DNA of 64,000 bases from Ostreococcus lucimarinus (lineage: Eukaryota), in assembly GCA_000092065.1 (NCBI GenBank), contig CP000589.1, one strand, 5' to 3'. Positions 1 to 10,022 of the stretch are shown in pieces. Each line of letters opens with the position of its first letter. The first letter of the stretch is position 1. Under the pieces are notes generated by a model. The model was given only the letters and a program-made list of their open reading frames with translations. It had not been told where the DNA came from and searched no databases. The position numbers were made by a program, and so were the translations under genes.

Positions 1-1047
1 AGGTATTTCTCCTTCGCGCCGTACGTGTACAGGCGGGGCGCGCGCGTGGTGTCGGCGCAGGCGGGACATTCGATCAATAACGCGAACGCGAAGCGCGACG
101 GTGATGTGTTGATCTTCGTGGCGACGCACTCGCGCGAGACGTTCGAGGCGATGAGGACGGCGTTCGGCGACGCGGGATACGACGAGGGCGCGGTGAATTT
201 AGTGCCGCTCTTTGACGATGTGCGCTACGGCGGCGGGTTCGGAGATTTCGGAGATTTGCTCTCGATTTCGTTTCGCGTCGCGTTTTGGCCGTCGCGTTTG
301 AACGCGACCGGCGAGGACGCCCTCGGTGAGTGGTCGCGATTGGAATGGCCGGCGTTTTTCGCTCGGCGCGCGAGCTCCGGCGCCGCGCGCGGCGGGTCGA
401 CGGTTTCGCAAGCGTTACCGACGCCGACGCTGAATCTCACCGTCGAGGTCGATAAACAGCATGAATCATCGACGATCGTGGCGCCGGTTGTGGTCGTTGA
501 TGGCGCCGCGCGCGTCGGGTCGACGACGCTCGTCGTCATGCCCGTCGACCACGCGCGATGCAGGCGAGACCCGTTCTACTCGCCCTGGTCCACCGCCGGC
601 GTCAGCGTACGCTCGGCGTGTTTCGGCGCGACGACCGACGCGTTGTACTCGATCTCTCGAGACTTCATGCGCGTCGCGTCGCTTCGTCAATTTCTCATCG
701 TCGTCAGAGGTCGCGACGTCGTCTCTCGCGGACGCGCCGCGTTCACCACCATCGCTTTATACGCGACGGGCGGGCCGATATCATCCTTCGCGAGCGCGCG
801 AGACGTCCGCGTTCTCGCCGCCGTCGACGACCGCGCCTTCATCGTGGACGAGCGTTCATCGCTCTTCGCCGTCGCCTTCGGCTCTTCGCTCGCCGCGTGC
901 GCGCGCGTCGCCGTTCCCTGCGTCGTCGCCGCTTCGCCTCCCGCGCGTTCGACGTTATTCGTCGTGTGTCGCGACTACTTGAATCCTCGCACCGCCACCG
1001 CGCCGGCGAGCAGACCCGCGCTCGTCGTCGACGCCTTCGCGTTGTGA
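1..1047 (+). CDS. 5'-truncated hypothetical protein. The ORF enters from upstream of the window; frame 1 is open from nt 1. The first ~480 nt are clearly coding-like with strong GC3 bias (..RYFSFAPYVYRRG..DVLIFVATHSRETFEAMRTAFGDAGYDEG..). The distal part is less convincing.
   Basis: Open frame from base 1 and a codon-like GC3 pattern. I recognise no domain. The extent beyond ~480 is uncertain. Confidence 0.3.
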   Translation, partial: RYFSFAPYVYRRGARVVSAQAGHSINNANAKRDGDVLIFVATHSRETFEAMRTAFGDAGYDEGAVNLVPLFDDVRYGGGFGDFGDLLSISFRVAFWPSRLNATGEDALGEWSRLEWPAFFARRASSGAARGGSTVSQALPTPTLNLTVEVDKQHESSTIVAPVVVVDGAARVGSTTLVVMPVDHARCRRDPFYSPWSTAGVSVRSACFGATTDALYSISRDFMRVASLRQFLIVVRGRDVVSRGRAAFTTIALYATGGPISSFASARDVRVLAAVDDRAFIVDERSSLFAVAFGSSLAACARVAVPCVVAASPPARSTLFVVCRDYLNPRTATAPASRPALVVDAFAL

Positions 1048-1114
1048 CGCTCGATACCGGCCAAAATCACATCCGACATCGCGGAATCGCGGCGCTCGCG
1101 ACGTCGTCGTCCTT

Positions 1115-1231
1115 CGCCTCGGCGCGCTCGCGTCCAAATGTTTATGTTTTGCCCGCGTGTTTGTCGCCTCGGCGCGCTCGCGTCCAAATGTTTATGTCTT
1201 CCAAATGTTTATGTTTTGCCCACGCCTCGGC
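1115..1231. repeat. Tandem duplication of a ~40-55 bp unit (cgcctcggcgcgctcgcgtccaaatgtttatgt[c/t]tt...gccc). It includes a reiterated ccaaatgtttatgtttt core and lies immediately upstream of the ZNHIT3-like ATG.
   Basis: Direct repeats are visible in the sequence at 1115-1154, 1165-1219 and partially at 1221-1231. Confidence 0.8.
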
Positions 1232-1246
1232 GTTCCGCACACTCTC

Positions 1247-1780
1247 GCATGCCATCCGCCGCGCCCTGCGTCGCGTGCGCCGCGGAGACCTCATCGTACA
1301 AGTGTCCGACGTGTCGTTCGCCCTATTGCTCGGTCGCGTGCTACAAATCGCACAGGGGTGCGCCCGCGACGCGCGTTCGCGTCGACCGATTGCGCGCGAC
1401 GAATGCGACTTAAAACGACGACGGCGCGCTTTCAGACTGACGATGAACGACGCGCGCGCGCGATAGAGACGACGTGCGAACCGGTGCGCGCGTCGACCGC
1501 GCCCGCGGTCGCGGAACGCGCGAACGAGACGAGGGAACAGCCGTCTCGCGCGTTCGAGGAAGATTCCGAAGACGAACTCGGGACGCGGGCGCGTCGCGAG
1601 GATCTGCAACGCGTCGCCGACGACGCGAGCGTGCGAGAAAAGCTGCGAAGCGAGCGATTGCGAGAGATAATACGAGCGATCGACGCGGCGAAGGACGGTG
1701 AGAAGGCGCTGGCGAAGGCGAGGGAGGATCCAGAGTTCAGGGCGTTTACGGAGGACGCGCTGAGTCTGTTCGAGCGGTGA
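1247..1780 (+). CDS. ZNHIT3: zf-HIT zinc-finger protein, ZNHIT3/Hit1-like (box C/D snoRNP assembly factor family). It is split between two reading frames, probably as two exons, 1247-1374 and 1436-1780.
   Basis: The N-terminus CVACAAETSSYKCPTCRSPYCSVACYKSH fits the zf-HIT C-x2-C...C-x2-C...C-x3-H pattern. The C-terminal part (LRSERLREIIRAIDAAKDGEKALAKAREDPEFRAFTEDALSLFER) resembles the conserved ZNHIT3 C-terminus. The two parts are in frames +1 and +2. Confidence 0.6.
   Translation, partial: ACHPPRPASRAPRRPHRTSVRRVVRPIARSRATNRTGVRPRRAFASTDCARRMRLKTTTARFQTDDERRARAIETTCEPVRASTAPAVAERANETREQPSRAFEEDSEDELGTRARREDLQRVADDASVREKLRSERLREIIRAIDAAKDGEKALAKAREDPEFRAFTEDALSLFER
1375..1435 (+). other. 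Candidate 61-nt phase-0 intron (GTTCGC...TTTCAG) joining the two ZNHIT3-like frames. A frameshift is the alternative.
   Basis: A phase-consistent GT...AG pair restores the ZNHIT3-like protein. The donor is weak and I see no CTGAC branch point. Confidence 0.35.
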
Positions 1781-1790
1781 GCGCTCGCTG

Positions 1791-4700
1791 GTGAGGATCA
1801 TGGGGTTCATGGATAAGATGAAAGAGATGAAGACTAAGGCGAGCGTTAAGGCGGTGGGCATGCGGGATCGGGCGAAGGAGATGATGAATTCACCGAGTGG
1901 ACAGACGGCGCCGCGGTTTTCGACGACGAGTCGCAACGGCGGCGAAGAGTCGGCGACGACGACTCCACCGCCATCGCCGTATCGATACGAGTCGAATGTC
2001 GGGTTATCTATGTTAAACGTTATAGAATCGCCGGCGCCGGCGTCTCGCGCGCGTGATGTGCTTGTGGAGCGATCGAATGCGGCGGCGGCGACTCCGGAGC
2101 GACCCTCGCCGCGGCAACGACAAGAGTCGAGTGGAGTTTCTCTCGTGGATGGCATCGAGTGCGAATATTTTGATGAGCCATCCACAAGTGCGCCTTCGTT
2201 TGATCCAGTCTTAGTGTCTTTGAACCGCCTCGGCGCGGACTTCACTGTGGAGGACTTGAGCAAAGAGGAAGAGCGTCTGTCCGAGCTCGTCGAGCGCGTG
2301 TCGACGGAGTTGAATAGAGAGATTATGGCACATGGGGAAGACTTTGAGAAAGGGATAGAAAATATTGCAGAGATTTACAACGCACTTCAGTCGTCAGGGG
2401 TGTTACTGAGCAACTCTCGTCGTTTGCTCCAGCGCGTGGAGACCGACGTGAAGAGTGCGCTTCGAGTGCAAGGCTCGCATACGACGAAGGGTTCAATCAT
2501 GGGCGTGTTGCAGATTCTAGAAAATATTAGGTTTTGCCAAACGTGCGAAACTAAGATACGCGCGCGTCTGGATGTTTCTGAGTACGCGGATGCCATGTCG
2601 CTGTATTCCAAGGCGTGGGAAATTTTAGAAGACATGCACGCGTTGACGTGTACGTTAACGCTTCGAGAAGATTTCGTCGCGTTGCGATGGGAGCTCGTCA
2701 CCTGCGTTGATAACGTCTTGATTGATTTGTGTGGCACATTTGACGCTAAGAAGTTTGCAAACCTTTACGACACGTACCCAAAGCTTGGTCCAGAGGTGAA
2801 GCACTTGGCTGATAAGATTCAAGACGCGTTTCTCAAGGCGGTGGAGATGCAAACCGAAGGCATGTTGCGACTGCATGCCATGCTTTCGCACAATCAGGAC
2901 GAGGCTGACACCAAGCGCAAGAGTAGGATGGGTTACAAGCAACTGTGTTCGCAATTGTCTTCGATGCAGTTCGTACCGTGCCTACGCAAGACACTCGAGT
3001 CGTTACATGAAATTTTCCTTTCGTCGTATAGAATGACGGCGTGGTGCGAGACGGCGATGCGCGAGGTGATTGATAGCTCGGATGCAGAGGCGATCAATAA
3101 CTGCAGTGCATTGATTGCGGCGTTAGAAATTAACCGAAAACCAGTTGTTGAGATGGCGAGCGTGCGTCTGGCAGCCTTACTGCAAGCATCAGCCGCACCC
3201 AGTAACGCGGCGTTTCGCGAGGTTTTCGATCTGTGCCGCGTCTTCATAACATGCGCGGAGGCATTTTGTGGCGAAGAGTCTCGAGTTTTGCGCGCGCAGC
3301 TGGAGAGGATCGGTGATAGATACTTTGAATCGCTGCATAGCGCTAGAATGGACGCATCGAAGACGATGTTAGAGACAGAGCGATGGGTGCCAGTCTCCAC
3401 AGATGCCGTGAAGCGCGTGCAAGACGATTTGAAAAATGCCATGCAGCGCGGACGAGCGGCGAATGGGCTGGGCAAAACTTTAGGCGAGACGGTGATAACG
3501 ACTTTTACCTCGGAACAAGTCCTGAATTCTGAGTCGTTCATGAAGTTCATCGACCAGCCGAATCCATTCGTTTCAGAGTCTGGGAATTCCTCGGCGGAGG
3601 AAAATCACTCGCCGCGAGACATTCTCGCACAAAACGTCGTCGCCGCACATGAGACGACGACCACCACCAACACCACGGACGACGTCGACGATGGGTTTGA
3701 TGAAGAGATCAGCAATCAGAATGGCGATAAAACCGGTCTTGATCGCGTGGGCGTGAAGATTACGGCGTCTTCGTTGTACATTCTTCAGGGCATCGTCGAG
3801 TACACGGCGCTGATGCAAGTAATGCGGCCGAGCGTGCCGGTGATTTTCAACGGTATCTGTCAACTCTTCGAGCTCGCACTAGTGAAAACTTTTAACGCTT
3901 TCGGGCGAACGGAAGCTTTGCTTCCCGAATCGCACGACATGACGCCGCGGCTGCGAGGTACGTTGTCTAGACTCGGGAACTCGGGTGGCGCCATGGCGAT
4001 TCGACCTACGATTCGGGGACAAGGGGACGTAGACATCTTGTCCAGCGGTAATTTGTACGGTTTGAAGGAGCGCGGCATCGCGCTCGAGTCGCTCTCGCGC
4101 GTCGCCGATGAGTTCAAGCGCATCAAGGCGCGTGTGAAACGCTCGCTCCCGCTCAAAGACGCCGCGCTGGCGGATCGCTTTTACTCGCACACCGTCGCTG
4201 CGGTGGACGATTTGCGCGAGCACGTGTACAAGAACGTTGCTTCATTATTGCTCAACATTGAATTTTGCGCAGAAGCGATCGGAGACGGCGATCCAAACTT
4301 TGCGTTGGTGAACTCTACGTTCGTGGGCAAGTACAACATTCGCGAGACGCCGTCGAGGCACAACAAGTGGGTGGACGACGTCCAGGCCGAACTCTTACAG
4401 TTCACCACCAAACTCGCCTGCGCCGACGTCGCACCTGAAGCTCTGGATGTTCTGTGGCAGCACGCCGCGAGTGTGATCCAAGACTCTCTCGTCGATGGTT
4501 TCAGCAAGGTGAAAAAATGCACCGACGCCGGCAGAGCGCTCATGGCGCTCGACGTCGAAACCCTGCGCGGCGAATTCGCGAAACTCGCCCCGTCCCAGTC
4601 CCTTGCCTTCGACTGGCGCTACGTCAGCACCTACATCAACGCCTTCTACGTCCCAGAAAAAGACGTCGAGAAATGGATGCAAATCCATCCCGAGTTTTCC

Positions 4701-4817
4701 AAAAAACAAAAGCTCGCCTTGGTCGCCCACAACGCCTCGGCGGATCGCGACAGGCGCTGGACCGCGAAATTCCGCCAAGACTTGCTCAACGCCATCGAAA
4801 CCGACACGTTACTCTAG
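1791..4817 (+). CDS. Large helical tethering-complex-like protein, Vps54/syndetin (GARP/EARP, CATCHR-family)-like. The annotated ATG is only 11 nt after the ZNHIT3 stop, so the true start is probably a downstream Met.
   Basis: A 1008-aa ORF. The region LSKEEERLSELVERVSTELNREIMAHGEDFEKGIENIAEIYNALQSSGVLLSNSRRLLQRVETDVKSAL resembles the Vps54_N-type N-terminal domain. A TGTAA follows 10 nt after the stop. Confidence 0.45.
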   Translation: MRIMGFMDKMKEMKTKASVKAVGMRDRAKEMMNSPSGQTAPRFSTTSRNGGEESATTTPPPSPYRYESNVGLSMLNVIESPAPASRARDVLVERSNAAAATPERPSPRQRQESSGVSLVDGIECEYFDEPSTSAPSFDPVLVSLNRLGADFTVEDLSKEEERLSELVERVSTELNREIMAHGEDFEKGIENIAEIYNALQSSGVLLSNSRRLLQRVETDVKSALRVQGSHTTKGSIMGVLQILENIRFCQTCETKIRARLDVSEYADAMSLYSKAWEILEDMHALTCTLTLREDFVALRWELVTCVDNVLIDLCGTFDAKKFANLYDTYPKLGPEVKHLADKIQDAFLKAVEMQTEGMLRLHAMLSHNQDEADTKRKSRMGYKQLCSQLSSMQFVPCLRKTLESLHEIFLSSYRMTAWCETAMREVIDSSDAEAINNCSALIAALEINRKPVVEMASVRLAALLQASAAPSNAAFREVFDLCRVFITCAEAFCGEESRVLRAQLERIGDRYFESLHSARMDASKTMLETERWVPVSTDAVKRVQDDLKNAMQRGRAANGLGKTLGETVITTFTSEQVLNSESFMKFIDQPNPFVSESGNSSAEENHSPRDILAQNVVAAHETTTTTNTTDDVDDGFDEEISNQNGDKTGLDRVGVKITASSLYILQGIVEYTALMQVMRPSVPVIFNGICQLFELALVKTFNAFGRTEALLPESHDMTPRLRGTLSRLGNSGGAMAIRPTIRGQGDVDILSSGNLYGLKERGIALESLSRVADEFKRIKARVKRSLPLKDAALADRFYSHTVAAVDDLREHVYKNVASLLLNIEFCAEAIGDGDPNFALVNSTFVGKYNIRETPSRHNKWVDDVQAELLQFTTKLACADVAPEALDVLWQHAASVIQDSLVDGFSKVKKCTDAGRALMALDVETLRGEFAKLAPSQSLAFDWRYVSTYINAFYVPEKDVEKWMQIHPEFSKKQKLALVAHNASADRDRRWTAKFRQDLLNAIETDTLL

Positions 4818-5009
4818 CGCCTCGTGTAATCGAACGCGTTTTAGGCATTCACTCGGCGCGGTGCGACGCATCCACCGCGCGCGTCGTCCGCTCGCCCCGC
4901 GCTGACTAGGCAACTCCAATAATTCCCATCGCGCCATTTCACGAAGCGCGACGCACGACGCACGCACGCGCGCCCGACGACGCCGACCTACGCGAGCAAA
5001 CGCGCACCG

Positions 5010-5243
5010 ATGACCGCAGACGACAAGAAACTTCACACCCACGGCTTCTGGGCGCGATTCTGGTTCGGAAAGAAGCACAAGCACCAACCCTCGGCGCCGC
5101 TCCCCGGGTACATCAATGAGATGATGAACCCGGAACATCACACCGGTGACTCGAAGAACGATCTGGGAGAGTTCATTCGACGACGATCGATGGATGAGCG
5201 GTGCACGCCGCGAACGAGCGCGTCGAGCGAGGAAGAACAGTAG
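5010..5243 (+). CDS. Possible small protein (77 aa; MTADDKKLHTHGFWARFWFGKKHKH...).
   Basis: Codon-like GC3 bias in an otherwise gene-free 700-bp gap. No recognisable domain. Confidence 0.25.
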   Translation: MTADDKKLHTHGFWARFWFGKKHKHQPSAPLPGYINEMMNPEHHTGDSKNDLGEFIRRRSMDERCTPRTSASSEEEQ

Positions 5244-5518
5244 GGCGGCGGCTGCTCGGGGAATGAATCGCGCGCGCGCTGACGAGGACTGGGCGACCGG
5301 GACGCTCGCGAGCGATGAAACGGATCAGAGAATGATATGTGCTCCAACGCGAACGTCTGGATCGAACGGACGATGTAAAACGCGAACGATGACGCGCGCG
5401 CGGCGAGGGATACCGCGACGCGCGCGCGTGTACCAATTTTGTATTTCAACGTACGAAGCTGTGCGAACGACTCGCGAGACGTCGTCTCCCGGCGAAGGGT
5501 GCTCTTAAATGGCGCTGG

Positions 5519-6472
5519 CTACGCGTTATCGGTGAGCGCTGAGAGTTGCGATTTGAGGTCGAGCAAGACTTTAACCGCGGCTTTGACGTCGTCGTCGGCG
5601 TTCGTGAGCCCCGCGTCTTTGAGCGCTCGCACCTCGGCCGCCTTCGCGTCCACCGCGGCGGATAATTCTTCGATTTTCGCCGCGTCAACCGCCGGAGCTT
5701 CGCCCGTGGGCTCGTCCACTCGCGTCACCCAATGGCCTTCGTCGTTCACGACGCGAACTTCGCCGTCCGAACCGTCCGGCTGAAGACGCACGACGCGATC
5801 GAAGCGCACCGCCTGCCCCGTCTTGTTCCCGTCGCCATCCTTCATCGTCCACACCGTGGCGTCTTCAATCCTAAATTTCGCCCCTCTCGAGCTCACGCGC
5901 ACGCCGCTATAGTTCATGATCACCCCATCGCTCGCCGCTCGATCCAAAAGCGCCCGTCTTTCCGCTTGCGTCGCCTCGTCCGCCTCGTCCGCCGACTTTT
6001 TACTCGACATCCCCACGAACGCGTCCCACTCCATCTCCCACAGCTCCAGCGCCGCTTGATTCCCATAATTGAACACATCGTTCCCATCGTGACTCGCGCA
6101 CGCGAACGGCGCTCGAAACAGCGCCCTCGCCGCGTCGTGCACCATCACGTTCCCCTCCACCAGCTTCGTCCCCGTCGCCTTTTTATACGACAGCCCGAGG
6201 TCCAGCGCGTGAAACACCATCTCCGCCGTCTCGTGTCGCGCCGCCGACGTCCCGCCCGACCCGATCGCCGCTTCGTCTTCGTCCTCGTCCCCTGCCGCGC
6301 CGTCGCGCGGCGTCGTCGTCGCCAGATCCCTCGCGAACTCGCGCTGTTTCGCCGCGCGCGCCGCCTTTCGTTTTTTATCCTTCGCCCGCGCGCGCACGTC
6401 CCGTCGCGCTTCGCGCGCGCGCGTCGTCGTCGCGCGCGTCGTCGTCGCGCGCGTCATCGCGCCCGCCGTCAT
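5519..6472 (-). CDS. MEKHLA-domain protein with a C-terminal WHEP-TRS-like helix-turn-helix domain. The N-terminus is basic and Thr/Arg-rich, organelle-presequence-like.
   Basis: MEKHLA-like: EMVFHALDLGL...ALFRAPFACASHDGNDVFNYGNQAALELWEMEWDAFVGMSSKKSAD...DGVIMNYSGVRVSSRGAKFRIEDATVW. WHEP-like: AAEVRALKDAGLTNADDDVKAAVKVLLDLKSQL. Confidence 0.65.
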   Translation of the reverse strand: MTAGAMTRATTTRATTTRAREARRDVRARAKDKKRKAARAAKQREFARDLATTTPRDGAAGDEDEDEAAIGSGGTSAARHETAEMVFHALDLGLSYKKATGTKLVEGNVMVHDAARALFRAPFACASHDGNDVFNYGNQAALELWEMEWDAFVGMSSKKSADEADEATQAERRALLDRAASDGVIMNYSGVRVSSRGAKFRIEDATVWTMKDGDGNKTGQAVRFDRVVRLQPDGSDGEVRVVNDEGHWVTRVDEPTGEAPAVDAAKIEELSAAVDAKAAEVRALKDAGLTNADDDVKAAVKVLLDLKSQLSALTDNA

Positions 6473-6831
6473 CGCCCGTCGTCGCCGTCGTCGTGTGCGG
6501 CGCGCGTCGCGTCGCTGGCGTGTCCATCGCCTCGTATATATAGTCTACGTGTCTACTTTTATATGGGATTAGACCACATACATTGACAGTTTCACACGCG
6601 ATGGACGCGACACCCCCGACCGACACTAAACCCTAAAGATTCGCGCATGTGCGGTGCAGACGATAAAGACGGACGCCCCGTAGTGCGCGCCGCAAAACGC
6701 CAATCAACGCGACACTCGGGTGTAAAAAGATGGTCGCGCGCCGCGCACCACAACACCCGCCATCGCGCGCCGCGCGCGCCGCGTCACCGACGCGCGCTTC
6801 GGTCGATCGCGCGCGCGAACGCACGATGGAC

Positions 6832-7344
6832 GATTTCGACGACTTCGTGTTCGGGTTCGAGATCGGGACGACGACGACAAACGGCGCGACGGCGACGACG
6901 ACGACGATTCGCGACGCGATTCGACATCCGTTCGACGTCGTCGCGTTCGCGACGCGGAGCAAATCGCCGACGCCGGCGCCGACGCGGGAGGAGGTCGAGC
7001 GCGAGGCGGCGGCGAAGGCCGCCCTGAAGGCGGCGGCGCGGCGGGAGCGGGAGCGACGGCGAAGCGCGAGGCGGCGGTTGGCGCAGACGGAGGCGCAGCG
7101 CGAGGCGGAGCGCCTGCGGAGTCGACGACGACGCGAGGCGACGACGAGCGCGCGGCGGGCGAGCGAAGCGCGAGGGAAGGCGCGAGGACGCGCGCGCGCG
7201 AGGGAGACGGTCGAGGCGGCGGCGACGCCGGCGTCAGCGAGCGGGGACGCGGCGGCGAGGAAGAGCGTCGGCGAGCGGCGAGCGGCGACGATTCGCCTCG
7301 GCGCGCGGCGGCGAGCGGCGGCGAGCGGCGTCGCCGTGAATTGA
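6832..7344 (+). CDS. Hypothetical small charged (Arg/Ala/Glu-rich, coiled-coil-like) protein starting MDDFDDFVFGFEIG.
   Basis: An ORF in a very GC-rich zone. It is supported only by two TGTAA motifs just downstream of its stop, at 7433 and 7457. Confidence 0.3.
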   Translation, partial: DFDDFVFGFEIGTTTTNGATATTTTIRDAIRHPFDVVAFATRSKSPTPAPTREEVEREAAAKAALKAAARRERERRRSARRRLAQTEAQREAERLRSRRRREATTSARRASEARGKARGRARARETVEAAATPASASGDAAARKSVGERRAATIRLGARRRAAASGVAVN

Positions 7345-7525
7345 ATTCGCGCGCGCGTTTCGCGAGCGCGCGATCGGTCGTCTTTCGTCGTCTGTTTCGG
7401 TCGCCATCATTTAATCATCGTCGTCATGATAATGTAAACACTCGTCGTCACGATAATGTAACCACCGCCGAACGTCACTTCGTCCCGCGTCGCGGCGCGC
7501 GCGACGCGAACGACGCGCGGCGATC

Positions 7526-8447
7526 GATGACGAAGTTCGAACCGCTCGCGAAGGGCGAGCGCGGGCGCGATCGCGCGCGCCCGAGCGCGGCCGAGCGCCG
7601 ATCGCGCATGGAAACATTCAAGCGCACGGGCGCGCATCCAGAACTAGAGATCGACCCGGACGACGCGAGACGCGCGAAAAGGCTGGCGAACGTCGCGCGA
7701 AAGAACGCGTCGAACGTCAAGGCGTTCGTCGACGTCGAGGTGGCGGGCGAAAACCGAGGGTCGGTGGTGATCGAGGTGTTGGAGGAGGCGGCGCCGCGCG
7801 CGGCGAGACGCTTCGCGGAACGCTTGGAGGCGACGGAGGGCGATCGCGATGGGGTGTCGTATCGAGATTCGTGCGAGATGACGACGGTGGACGATGAGTT
7901 GCGAGTGAGTTTCGGGGTTTCGGGGAAACGGGTGAAAACGACGATCGAGGTGGAGGGAGAGCTCACGCACGCGGCGGCGGGCGTCGTCGGCGTGGATCGA
8001 AGGAGCGGGGAATTTTGCGTGACGACGGCGGCGTGTGAGTCTTTGGACGAATCCGCGCAGGTCGTGGGGAGGGTTATTAGTGGTTTAGAGATTTTGCGCG
8101 CGCTCACGCACCGCGAGAAGGGAGAGAAGGTGCCGACTCCGGTTCGAGTGACGGCGTGCGGCGTCGTGCGCGGCGGCGCGGACGTTTCGGCTCTCGTCGG
8201 CGTAGCGGCGCGAGGCCGCGCCGAGGCGGCGGCGAAGGCGCGTGCTGAAGCGGAAAAGATTAGAAATGAGTCTCAGCACGACACGCTGAAGCGTCTGCGC
8301 GCGGAATCGGCACAGAAAGGGGCTGAGATGAACGAAATCGTGCGCTCGACGTTGGGAAAGAAGCTGAAAGAGGCGCCAAAGAAGAAGCCGGGCGCGGGCA
8401 TGCTCGACTCCATGCTCGGTTCGTCTTCGAGCGATTCGGAGGATTAA
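7526..8447 (+). CDS. Divergent cyclophilin-like (PPIase-fold) domain protein with a Lys/Glu-rich C-terminal tail. The start is taken at MTKFEPL.
   Basis: FVDVEVAGENRGSVVIEVLEEAAPRAARRFAERL ... SAQVVGRVISGLEILRALT follows the cyclophilin pattern (FFDI.V.G...GR....L....P.T..NF..L). Confidence 0.55.
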
Positions 8448-8506
8448 TGGCTGGATCATAATTCGTTCAATAGAAATAGATTGCAATAAACAGTAGCGGC
8501 AAATCG

Positions 8507-9613
8507 TTAAATTTCGGCGAGCAAAGCGTCGATGATTTCGACGTCGATGGCGGCGGGCGCTTTTCCCTTGGCCATATCGTATCCTTTCCTTCGCTCGCGG
8601 TCTGTGGGTGGCGTCAGCGATTGCTCGCCGAAGAAGTTCGTCTTCGTCACCACGCTCAATACTTCCACATCGTCCGGAGCGTCGTCCACGCGCGTCGTGC
8701 TGACGTGGGCGATGAACTGCGCGAGATTTAACCGCTTCGTGTAGCCTTCGGAAGTATCGCCCCTTTTGAGGTACAAATCTTGAAACTTGACGTCGTACAT
8801 GTTATCGACCAACCGCGCGCTGTAATCTCCGAGCAACAACGGCCCATTACCGCGCAATTGCCCCGAACGCACGACCGTCAACGCGTATCCGAGCTCCTTC
8901 GCCCCGCGCTCGAGCGTCGCCTCCGCCGCCGCGTACGAATCCAACAGTCCCTTACTTCCATCCACGTCCCCTCCGATCGGCAGATTCATCTGTCCAACCT
9001 TCACCATCTTTTGCACCGGTCGATTCTGTTCTTTGAACGGATTTTCATCCCGACGATTCACCCCCACGCGCGACAGCGCCACGACGCGTTTCGCCTTCGT
9101 CGCCCCCCTTCGCACGCTCGCCGCCGCCGCCTCGCTCCTCGCCCCGCTCTCGTGCGCCACGATCACGACGTCGCTCGCCCGCATCGCTCGCTCCACCGCT
9201 TCGTCGTCGTTTTCGTTCACCAGCGCGCACTTCATCATCGCCGCCGCGCTCGTCCCGAACCGTCGCTCGAAGACGTCCTCGGGCATGTCCCGCGGCACGT
9301 ACGAGTCCGCGTCCTCCACCACCAGCGCCACGCCGTCGCCGCCGCGGCGCGCGAGCATGCCCGCGATGAGTCGTCCCGTGAGCGAGCGCGCGCCGACGAC
9401 GCACACGCGCGCCGACGACGCCGACGACGACGCGACGCGAATCATCGCGCGTCCGCGCGGATTCGACGCGCGCGTCGCGCGTCGCGCGCGCATCAGCGCG
9501 CGCGAATCGACGCGAACGCGCGCGCGCGTCGACATCGCGCGATTCGCGCCTCGCGTCGACGTCGCGGCGTCGCGCGCGCGTCGAGGCGCGTCGACGAGTG
9601 TCGATCGCGGCAC
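8507..9613 (-). CDS. NAD(P)-binding Rossmann-fold protein (NmrA/atypical-SDR-like) with an organelle-type presequence.
   Basis: A glycine-rich dinucleotide-binding motif VCVVGARSLTGRLIAGMLARRG occurs near the N-terminus after a Ser/Arg-rich leader. The ORF is 368 aa. Confidence 0.5.
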   Translation of the reverse strand: MPRSTLVDAPRRARDAATSTRGANRAMSTRARVRVDSRALMRARRATRASNPRGRAMIRVASSSASSARVCVVGARSLTGRLIAGMLARRGGDGVALVVEDADSYVPRDMPEDVFERRFGTSAAAMMKCALVNENDDEAVERAMRASDVVIVAHESGARSEAAAASVRRGATKAKRVVALSRVGVNRRDENPFKEQNRPVQKMVKVGQMNLPIGGDVDGSKGLLDSYAAAEATLERGAKELGYALTVVRSGQLRGNGPLLLGDYSARLVDNMYDVKFQDLYLKRGDTSEGYTKRLNLAQFIAHVSTTRVDDAPDDVEVLSVVTKTNFFGEQSLTPPTDRERRKGYDMAKGKAPAAIDVEIIDALLAEI

Positions 9614-10022
9614 AACGCGACGACCGAGCGCGCGCGCGCGCGAACGCGCGCGACGCTCGAGCGCGCGCGCGCGCGGTGAGAGCGTCGAGCGCTTTTGCGC
9701 GAGGCGAATCGCGGCGACGCGGACGCGGGCGAGGCGCGCGCGGGGGCGGGCGGGCGCGCGGGACGCGCGCGGGCGGTGGTGTCGAGGGCGATTCGACGAC
9801 TTCGCGACGATATGGCGTCGCAGCGGTGCGTGATTCGCGAGCGAGACGCGCGGTGCGCGGTGCGGGGGGGTCGTGAGCGTCGTTCGCGCGCGGTAGGGGA
9901 AGCGCGCGCGACGGGGGGCGCCGCGAGGGAGAATTTGAGTCGTGTTCTTAACAGAATTGCGAATTTGAATTCGGGCGGAAAGTCGACGATGACTGACGAC
10001 GCGCGAACGCGCGACGCGCAGG

